NCBI GenBank assembly: GCA_951406725.2
Contig: OX597836.1
Coordinates: 62,001-126,000, forward strand
Direction of reading: 5' to 3'
Origin: Octopus vulgaris
Taxonomy: Eukaryota
DNA length: 64,000 nt
How positions within the stretch are numbered: position 1 is the stretch's first letter; every line of letters starts with the position of its first letter. The translations under genes and the position numbers were made by a program. Below, piece by piece: positions 28,563 to 39,900 of this stretch. Below the pieces are notes generated by a model. The model ran no database searches. It was not told the origin of the DNA and saw only the letters and a list, made by a program, of their open reading frames with translations.

Positions 28563-30259
28563 GTATACATATATATATATATATATATATATAAACGTAT
28601 ACATATACATATATATATATATAAACGTATATATATATATAAACGTATACATATATATATATATATATATAAACGTATACATATATATATATATATATAA
28701 ACGTATATATATATATATATATAAACGTATACATATATATATATATAGCATATCGCCCGGCGTTGCTAGGTTTGTAAGGAAATAACTATAAAGTTTTTTT
28801 AGAGAGTTATAGCCAAAAAATAGCAAAAAAAATGGAAAAAAAAATGATGGTAAATTTTTTTTTTTGAGAGTTAAAAAAGGTGGAGTTGCGTCCCCTAGAC
28901 GGTCTGTGGTTTGGGTTTCTGATTCTCGACCCCATGTCGAATTTATCGATTTTTTCAGAACTGGGGGAACTTTTCAAAATTTTCGCTGCGTTAGTTTTGA
29001 ATTATGACATTGGGCTATGTGTGTGTCAAGTTTCATCAGAATCGGTTGAAAGCCGTGGTCAGAGTGAGGTACGAGAAAACAGACACACAGAAAACGCACA
29101 GACAAACTGCCGTTTATATAGAGAGAGAAGAGATATATAAACGTATATATATATATATATATATAAACGTATACATATATATATATATATATAAACGTAT
29201 ACATATATATATATATATAAACGTATACATATATATATATATATATAAACGTATACATATATATATATATATATAAACGTATATATATATATAAACGTAT
29301 AAACGTATATATATATATATATAAACGTATACATATATATATATATATATATACGTATATATATATATATATATATAAACGTATACATATATACATATAT
29401 ACATATATATATAAATCCTTAAAAATGTTTTAGCCCGAAGGCCGCGGCCATGCTGGGGCACCACCGCTGAATGAGCTACACTAGTTTGTGAATCCACTTC
29501 TGATACGTGGCACTTGATCAACAAGGGAGTTCGATGCTGCTGCCCGCATCCGTGTCTCCTGTCGTGAGGTAGGTTCATCTGGGACTCCCAACAAGAAGAG
29601 ATCCAGTTTAGTTTTAAAGAAACCCACATCCACACCGTGTAAGTCTCTCAGGCATTTAGGGAGGATGTTAAAGAGCTGTGGTCCTCTGAAACCCAAGCTG
29701 TTGCAGTATCTGGACCTGTATTTTGATGGTGATGTTGGAATCCTTGGCACCACGCAGCGGCGCCCGTTCTGCGGTTGGAGTAACTTTGAATGCCAAAGTT
29801 TGGGACAAGACCCTCCAGGATTTTCCAGATGTATATCACTGCATATCTCTCCCGCCTCCGCTCCAGGGAGAAGAGGTTTAATACCTTCAGTCTTTCCCAG
29901 TAGCTGACATTTTGCATTGAGACGATTTTCTTTGTGTAGCTTCTCTGAGTTGCTTCGAGTTCTGCTGTTTGTTTTATATTGTGTGGTGACCAAAGTTGGG
30001 AGCAGTAGTCCAAGCGGCTGAGGACAAAAGTTTTCCATAGGACCATCAGTGTCTCCTTCTCTCTTGTTCTGAAAGTTCGGAGAATCCATCCAGCTAGCCG
30101 TCTGCATTTTATCACCAGATTAGCAATATGCACTTGGAAAGATGCATCATTGCTCATGTCAATGCCCAGGTCACGCACTGATTTTGACTCAGGGATTGCA
30201 ATTCTTCCTGGGCCAGTGTATCCAGTCTTCACGTCATTTACCTTTGTGTGCCAGTAGCG

Positions 30260-30308
<49 letters not shown>

Positions 30309-30344
30309 GTATACATATATATACATATATATATATATAAACGT

Positions 30345-30388
<44 letters not shown>

Positions 30389-30390
30389 GT

Positions 30391-30438
<48 letters not shown>

Positions 30439-30440
30439 GT

Positions 30441-30505
<65 letters not shown>

Positions 30506-30691
30506 AACGTATACATATATACTATATATATATATATATATATAAACGTATACATATATATACATATATATATATACGTATACATATATATATATATAAA
30601 CGTATACATATATTATATATATAAACGTATACATATATATATATATATAAAAATATACATATATACATATATATAAACGTATACATATATT

Positions 30692-30722
<31 letters not shown>

Positions 30723-30727
30723 AACGT

Positions 30728-30771
<44 letters not shown>

Positions 30772-30808
30772 GTATACATATATAATATATATATATATAT
30801 ATAAACGT

Positions 30809-30839
<31 letters not shown>

Positions 30840-30844
30840 AACGT

Positions 30845-30875
<31 letters not shown>

Positions 30876-30880
30876 AACGT

Positions 30881-30919
<39 letters not shown>

Positions 30920-30928
30920 AACGTATAC

Positions 30929-30961
<33 letters not shown>

Positions 30962-30966
30962 AACGT

Positions 30967-31008
<42 letters not shown>

Positions 31009-31014
31009 GTATAC

Positions 31015-31050
<36 letters not shown>

Positions 31051-31199
31051 CGTATACATATATATATATATATAAAAAAACGTAAACATATATATATATA
31101 TATATAAATAAATAAATAAACGTATACATACACACATATATATATATATATATAAACGTATACATATATATATATAAATAAATAAATAAGCGTATACAT

Positions 31200-31243
<44 letters not shown>

Positions 31244-34200
31244 GTATACATATATATATAGAAACATATACATATATATATACACATATACATATATATA
31301 CACACATATATACATGATTGATTGATTGATTCTAGTTTCAGCTCACGAGCTGTGGCCATGCTGGGGCACCGCCATTTGGTGTTGCTACATGGTTTTACTT
31401 CACGAATGCTTTTTAGCAACTGTCATTTGGTGCATGAGAGAGTTCGATGCAGCTGCCCTCATCTGCACCTCCTGCCGTGAAGTTGGTTCATCTGGGATAC
31501 CTGACAAGAAGAGAATCCAGTTTCATTTTAAAGACATCTGCATCCACCCCATGCAGGTCTCTTAGGTTCTTCGGGAGGATATTGAAGAGCTGTGGGCCTC
31601 GGAAGCCCAGGCTATCACAGTATCTTGTCCTACATCTTGATGGCAAATTTTGAGTCCTAGGCACCACGCAGTGGCGCCCAGTTCTGGCATTTGTGTAACT
31701 CTCGATGCCAAAGTTTGGGACAAGTCCTTCCAGGATCTTCCAGATGTATATTATGGCATATCTTTCTCGCCTACGCTCCAAGGAATAGAGTTTTAATCTC
31801 TTGAGTCTTTCCCAGTAGCTTATATGCTGCACAGAGGCTATCTTCTTCGTGTAGCTACGTTGGATCGCCTCAAGTTCTGTGATCAGCTTGACACTGGGTG
31901 GTGACCTTAGCTGAGAGCAATAGTCAAAGTAGCTTAGGACAAGTGTCCTCCAGAGGACCATCATGGTTTCTTGTTCTAAAGGTTCTAAGAATCCATCCGC
32001 CAGTCGTCTACATTTCATTGCCAATTTAGCAACATGTACACGAAAGGTTGCGTCATCACTCATGTAAATACCTAGGTCACGCACTGATTGTGCCTCTGGG
32101 ATTGCAATTCCTCCGGGTCCAGTGTATTCATTGGGTATTGCATTTAGTTTTGTATGCTGATAGCATAAAGCTTGAAACTTTTCAGCATTGAACTGCATGC
32201 TATTCTTTTCCGCCCACTTGTATATTTTGTCCAGCTCACATTGCAGGCGTTTAGTGTCCTCAGGGTTCTGTATTGCCCGTGAAACTTTTGTATCATCTGC
32301 ATAACTTGTGATCGTAGCTCTCTGCGTGGCTGAGGGCATGTCTGAGAGGGCCATTATGAACAGTAGTGGTCCCAAAACAGTGCCCTGCGGAACACCGCTC
32401 ACTATTTGCGTGTTAATGGAAGTGGCCCCATTGGCTACTACCACCTGACTTCTATCTTTCAGAAAGTCATGAAGCCATTCTCCCAGTTTTCCAACTATGC
32501 TAAGATCACGCAGTTTGTGACATATCATTCCATGATCGACTTTATCGAAAGCCTTTGCAAAGTCGAGATATATCACTTCCACATTTGAGTGGTTGAGCTG
32601 CCGTTTCAGCACCCAGTCATAGTGTTGTAGGAGCTGAGTTAAGCAGCTTCTTCCTGGTCGGAAACCATGTTGGGTGTCAGGCAGCAAGTCATTTTCTTCA
32701 AGGAAGGTGATCAGTTTCCTTCTGACTATTCGTTCCATGACCTTGCTGATGTGTGAGGTCAGAGAGATAGGTCTGTAGTTCTTGGCCTCCGCTCTGAGGT
32801 ATATGCTGTTGCCGGCTGTGTCCACCTTGGGTCTATTTGCTGTGGTGGTCTTGTATATTGTGGGTAGTCCCATCTGCGAGCTTGGGTTTGATGAAGCCAG
32901 GTTAGCTGCTGTACAATCTTTTGTGCCATGCACAAAAAAGATTCTTGTTCAGCAGCTTCCCTTTCAACAACATCATGTTGGCCGTTTGTGGCACGCACCA
33001 CATCTGCGTACATCCGTTTTGGGGCAGGTAGTGCGTGGTCCACCCCTTTTCCTTTTGTTAGTTTGTTTCTGATCTGTTTCGTGTCTCTGCGGCAGGGTGC
33101 CCGATGTGCAAAACGGCAGCCTGCACCTTCCTCTCCATGCCAGCAGGTACCTCTCAGGTAGAACCTACACACCCGTGTGCGCTGTTTGTTTCCATCCTTT
33201 TTGGTATATGGATAGTCAGTTTTACTTCTATTCTTGGCTGTTTCCTTTTTTAGTTTTGTTTGAGTTTTTCTTTTAGTTTTTCCTCCTTTTTTGTATATAT
33301 ATACATATATATACACATATAAAGGAAAGAGCAGACAAAGAAGCCTGGGCTATAGACAACATAAAAACTAACCCCAGAGCTTTCTACAGGTATGCCAAAG
33401 AAACAGCTACGGTGCACTGTAGGATAGGGCCACTCCTCGAAAAGGATGGCACACTCACAGGAAAACCAATGCGGGTAAGTGAAATACTGAATGAACAATT
33501 CAAGAGTGTTTTCACTCCACCCCTTGGGCATTTCCAAATCACCAATCCAACTGACTTCTTTACCACTGCAGATATAAAATCAGAGGCGGCGACGATAAAT
33601 TACATCGATATAAAGGAAGACGATGTAATAAAGGCTATAGATGAAATGAAAACAGACTCAGCTATTGGCCCCGATGGATTCCCGGCAATCCTCCTAAAAG
33701 TATGTAAGAGAGTCCTAGCAAGACCACTGCAGTTCCTCTTTCAGAGCTTCCTTGCAGCTGGCAAACTTCCAAGAAAACTGAAGGAAGGTAAAATATGCCC
33801 TATTCATAAAGGAGGTAGCAGAGCGGAGGCCAAGAACTACAGACCAATCTCTCTCACCTCACACATCAGCAAGGTCATGGAACGAATAGTTAGAAGGAAA
33901 CTAATCACCTTCCTTGAAGAAAATGACTTGCTGCCTGACACCCAACATGGTTTCCGACCAGGAAGAAGCTGCTTAACTCAGCTCCTACAACAATATGACT
34001 GGGTGCTGAAACAACTGCTCAACCACTCAAATGTGGAAGTCACATATCTCGACTTTGCAAAGGCCTTCGATAAAGTCGATCATGGAATGATATGTCACAA
34101 ACTGCGTGATCTTGGCATAGTTGGAAAACTGGGAGAATGGCTTCATGACTTTCTGAAGAATAGAAGTCAGGTGGTAGCAGCCAATGGGGCCACTTCCATT

Positions 34201-36916
34201 AACACGCAAATAGTGAGCGGTGTTCCGCAGGGCACTGTTTTGGGACCACTACTGTTCATAATGGCCCTCTCAGACATGCCCTCAGCCACGCAGAGAGCCA
34301 CGATCACAAGTTATGCAGATGATACAAAAGTTTCACAGGCAATACAGAACCCTGAAGACACTAAGCACCTGCAATGTGAGCTGGACGAAATATACAAGTG
34401 GGCTGAAAAGAATAGCATGCAGTTCAATGCTGAAAAGTTTCAAGCTTTACACTATCAGCATGCAGAAAGAAGGAGAGAAAAAAATATGCGTGCAGAGGCT
34501 AGCGAATCAACATGGCGATCCTTCTTTCTGTGTTTTTTTCTCTGTGTATCTTTCTGTTGAAGAGCGTAGGCTCGAAACGTTAAAGACTTGTTTTATTTAT
34601 ATTTCCTGAGCGCCATACTAATACAATTGTTTGTTTGTATTCCACCTGCCTTCGTCTTATGTTTATTTCCGTAAACCTGCCTTCGTCTTTTGTCTATTTT
34701 CATAAAGCTTCCCATATATAAACAATCAGAAAAGAAGTGTGCTCCTCAGATGTTCTGCACAACGCAGCAGCTGAGCAAGAGTCTTCTTTGTGCATGGCGC
34801 AAAGGATTGTCCAGCAGCTAACCTGGCTACACCAAGCGCAAAGAAGGAACCCTGCCCACCACTATGCAAGACCACCACAGTCAACAGACACGGGATGGCC
34901 TCCCCTAACGCCTGCACAGCCGTCACCCCAATACTTTTACTAAATATTGGGGCCTGTTGCATCAAAATAGAAACAAAATTTCTTTCCTGAGAGATCTTAC
35001 TCCATGCAATCAAGCCCTATGCATAGCACTAGTGGAAACTCACCTCAGCCCTGATATAGAGGACGAAGAAGTACACGTACCCAACTCAGTCATACTGTGA
35101 ACAGACAGAAGGGAAAGGAGCCATGGTGGAGTTGCCGTATACATCCGAGATGACCTCACACCCCAGGACTTACTGACATACTCAAATTCGGTATGTGACA
35201 CTTTAATTGTATACATAAGACAACATAATATAGTCATATGCAATACATATTGCCCACCGGATGCCCCAAATCACATAGGCAAGTTTGAAGATTGCCTCAC
35301 AAGAATGAAAGAAATCCTTATGAATCTGGAACACCACGTCACCATATTTATATGGGTGATTTCAACTTCCCCAACGTCAAATGGCCTGAAGGTCTCATAC
35401 TCTCAGGAATGAATCATTGCAAGCAAGTACAGGCGGAGTCCCTGCTCAACCTCACCAATGCCTTATTCATGGAGCAAATTGTACTCAAACCAACTAGGGT
35501 GAATAACATTCTGGATCTCTGCTTCACGAACAATATGGACATCATTCATGATGTGAAAGTGATACCGACATTAGTCTCGGATCACAACATAATAGAGCTG
35601 TCTATGTTTGGGCCGAAAGTAACCAGAGACATACAGTCTAAAGGAAGCACCCGAAATCTCTCCAATCTGAACTTCCACAAAGCAGATTGAAAATCGATCC
35701 AAAAAGAGATCCTCAGAGAGGACTGGTCGAAATGTCTCTCCACACCAGACATTGACATGAAACTAGAATGTTTCATGTCTTCTGTGCAAGCCGTATGCCA
35801 GAAATATGTCCAAGAGACAGGAAGATCCTCATGAGACGACGGACGAAGGTTACAAATCGACTCAACCATCATACCAAAAGTAGCGAAACGTCCCGCCTAA
35901 AAACAACACGGAGATCGAAAAAAGGCTGAAACAATCCTATGTGAGGGAGAAAGCAGACAAAGAAACCTGGGTTATAAAAAACATTAAATCAAACCCAAAG
36001 GCCTTCTTTCATTACGCGAAAGAAACAGTCTCAGTACACTACAAGATAGGACCCCTCCTCCAAAAGGATGGCTCCCTCACATACAGTCCAACTAAGATCA
36101 GTGAAATACTGAATGACCAGATCAAAAGTGTCTTTACCACCCCGTTGGAACTCAGACAAGTGAACGAACCAGTGGACTTCTTTGCTGCCTCACCTATAAC
36201 CAGCGAGGCAGTTACAATAGAATACATTGACATTAGCGAAGATGTCCTACTAGCCATAGATGAAGTGGACACAAACTCAACTGCTGGTCCAGATGGTTTC
36301 GAAGCAATCCTCCTCAAAGCGTGTAAGCATGCCCTGGTAAAACCACTCAAGATTCTCTTCCAGAGCTTTCTTACAAATGGCAAACTGCCAAGCAAGCTGA
36401 AGGAGGGAATAATATGCCCAATACATAAAGGGGGAAGTAGAGTAGAAGGAATTATGCCAAATCTTGGCATTAAAAGCTACACCAATGATAGAACGGGACG
36501 ACACTACATAGTGCCAAAGATCCCAGCAATGCCATCACGCTTCAGGACTGGCTACTGCAACAGCCTGGGTTTCAAGGGCCCACAGCTTTTTAATATTCTC
36601 CCAAAGAGTCTGAGGAACTTGCACAAAGTAGATGTAGCGGTTTTTAAATCAAAGGTGGACATCTTCTTGTCGAGAGTCCCAGATGAACCTTCCTCACAGC
36701 GAAAGTTGCAAATGAGGGTAGCTATATAAAACTCAATTCCTCACCAAGTGCCACATATTAGAGGAGGCTCTTAGTAATAACAGTGTAGCACAAAACGACG
36801 GTGCATCAGCATGGCCGCAGCTCTGAGCTGAAACAAGAGAAAACGAAAAAACAAAAAAACAAAAAAAAACATATATATATAAACAAATATATATATATAA
36901 ACATATATATATATAT

Positions 36917-36960
<44 letters not shown>

Positions 36961-39900
36961 ACACATATATAAACATATATATATATATATAAACATATAT
37001 ATATATATAAACATATATATAAACATATATATATATACACATAAACAAATATATATATATATATATACATAAACAAATATATATATATATATATACACAT
37101 AAACAAACAAATATATATATAAACATAAACAAATATATATATATATATATATATAAACATAAACAAATATATATATATATATATATATATACATACATGC
37201 ACACATATATATAAGTACAGGCAGAGTCTCTCCCCATCTCACAAATGCCTCTTTCATGGAGCAAATTGTGCTGCAACCAACCAGGGCAAATAAGATACTG
37301 GATCTCTGCTCCACAAACAATATGGACATTATCCATAATGTTAAATTGATACCGACACTGTCTATGTATGGACCAAAAGCCCCCGCAGATATACAGCCTA
37401 TATGAAGCAGCCACAATCTCTCGAAACTAAACTTTCATAAAGCAAATTGGAAATTGATTGAGAAAGAGATCCTCAAACAGGATTGGCCTAAATGTCTTTC
37501 CACACAAGACATTGACATGAAACACAAATGTTTCATATCTATAATACAAACCATATGTGACAAATATGTCCCAGTGTGCAGGGCCAGTACACACAAAAAT
37601 AGAATCCCTAGGGAAAGGAAGATTCTTATGAGACGACGGACAAGGATTGCAAACCAGCCGAGCAAGCACACCAAAAGTGGTGAGAAGTCTCGCCTCGAGA
37701 GAATGCTAATGGAAATTGAGAAAAGTCTGTATTAGTCCCATGAAAAAGAGAGCAGATAAAGAAGCTTGGGTAACAGAAAATAGCAACTCAAACCCTAAAG
37801 CTATCTTTAAGTTTGCCAAAGAGACAGCCACAGCGCGCCCGAATATAGGACCTCTTTTCCAAAAAGATGGCTCCCTCACAGGAAATCCCACGAGGATAAG
37901 TGAAATACTGAACGGACAGTTCCAAAGTGTGTTCACTACACCTCTAAGACACAGGCAAGTAAACAAAACCAGAAGAATTCTTTGCCACTTTACCTGTAGC
38001 CAAAGAAGCAAAAATTGAGTGCATCAACATTGAAGATGATGATATCACATTGGCCGTAGATAAGATTGACACAAACTCAGCTGCTGGACCTGATGGATTT
38101 CCAGCGATCCTTCTGAAATCGTGCAAACAAGCCCTTGCAAAACCACTACAGCTTCTTTTTCAGAGCTTTCTTGCAAGTGGTAAGATCCCAGTCAAAGTGA
38201 AAGAAGGGATAATATGCTCTATCCATAAGGGAGGAAGCAGAGCAGATACTAAAAATTATAGGCCTATCTCTCTGACCTCATACATCAGCAAAGTCATGGA
38301 ACAAATAGTCTGCAAGAAACTAATCATGTTCCTTGAAGAAAATGACTTGCTGACTGAGACCCAGCATGGATTTCAACCAGGTAGAAGCTGTCTAACACAG
38401 CTCCTGCAACACTATGACTGTATATGCATGTATATATATACATATATATAGGTAGGTATGCAGCTATGTACATATATGTATGTATATATGCATATATTTA
38501 TATTATACATATATGTATGTATGTGTGTGTATGTGTTTGTCCCCCCAACATCGCTTGGCAACCGCCGGTGGTGTGTTTACATCCTCATAACATTAGCGGT
38601 TCGGCAAAGAGAACGATAGAATAAATACAAGGCTTACAAAAAATAAGCCCTGGGGTCGATTTGCTCAACTAAAGGTGGTGCTCCAGCATGGCCACAGTCA
38701 AATGATTGAAACAAGTAAAAGAGTAAGAGTAAAGGAGTATAAAAACATCCAGTTTAAGTACAGCAGGACAGATTTGGAATTTATGGGAGAGAGGGCAAAA
38801 ATCATGCACCTTTGTAGGGATCGACTGCACAGCAGATGTGAACTTCTCTTCAAAAACTGGAGAAAGGAGAACATCTTTGGCGAACTCATATATCCAGGTT
38901 ACAGATTTCCATTTATTATAATTATACGTGCACTGGGTCACGTAACAAATGATGGCATTCTTTCGATATAACGCGACAAAATCAAAACATTTCACCGGGT
39001 ATTTCCATGGAAGCAAATGACAGTTCGATTCTGTTTTCTGCTTGGAAATCTGCGGATTTTACATACACACCTGAAACAGGTAAGAACAAATATGCCAGGT
39101 CTTTTTTCTTCAAGTTTAAAATGAGACATTGCTGGCATAATTTCGTTATATCTATACTCCACAACCCACGGAAATACCCAATGTGAAATGTTTTGATTTT
39201 GTCGAGTTATATCGAAGGAATGCCCAAATGATATGCAAAGAAAACTAAAAATGCTTGATGTCTTCAAAAAAGTGCAGAGTAAGCCGATTCGCATTTTCCA
39301 GATTCAATCCATCACAGAATTTGTAAAACATTCCAATGATTTTTCATTTGAGTCTGAGCGAATATTTTTTTACATTTATTTTAATGGTTTCAGTCGAAAG
39401 GACCGTAACCAAACTGGAGCACCGCCTTAATTTATTTTCTTTCAGATTTGTTGTCGCTTTATGACTGGAAGTTGGTCTAGGATCGTGTTTGTAGCGGCTG
39501 ATTATCCTTGAGTGTATGCCTGAGGGATTGGCTGGTCCGGTACCATCGTTAAGAATTTCATTAGAGCCCCCCCCCTCCATCTTTCTATTTACGATTCGCA
39601 GGTGAACAATTAGGGAGCTCTAAATATCAGACTGATACTAGAATGTAATTCAGAAGGTGGTATATTTGGAAGTATCTAAAACCACTAATATATATGGAAC
39701 ACACACACAGAAATAGTAATGAAATGCACTAAATTTCCATCGTGAAACGCACACAAACGAGTGCAAGTTTATCCACACGTTTACATCATCCTGCTCAGGT
39801 AACCACCAAACCCCAAGGGTTGTCTTGACTTAAATAAAACAGCCTTATATCACTTTCTTAGTGACCAGCTTGAATTCTACAAAGGAATACGTGTATGAAT

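Larger units (their letters stand above)
21721..31315. repeat. Interrupted (TA)n micro/minisatellite field, unit ~ATAAACGTATAC(AT)n
   Basis: Very many AAACGTATA(C) interruptions spaced by variable TA runs; broken by multiple insertions. Confidence 0.95.

Noticed and set aside
20002-31419. Long Y/I/C/V/M-rich ORFs of up to 555 aa
   Set aside because: They are translations of stop-free (TA)n/ACGT microsatellites and are not genes
39344-39580. [13 protein letters not shown]... as SLC4 first exon; also a + strand acceptor at 39445
   Set aside because: The ORF runs into a SINE tail with no donor; the + strand candidate has stops in all frames and no partner exon
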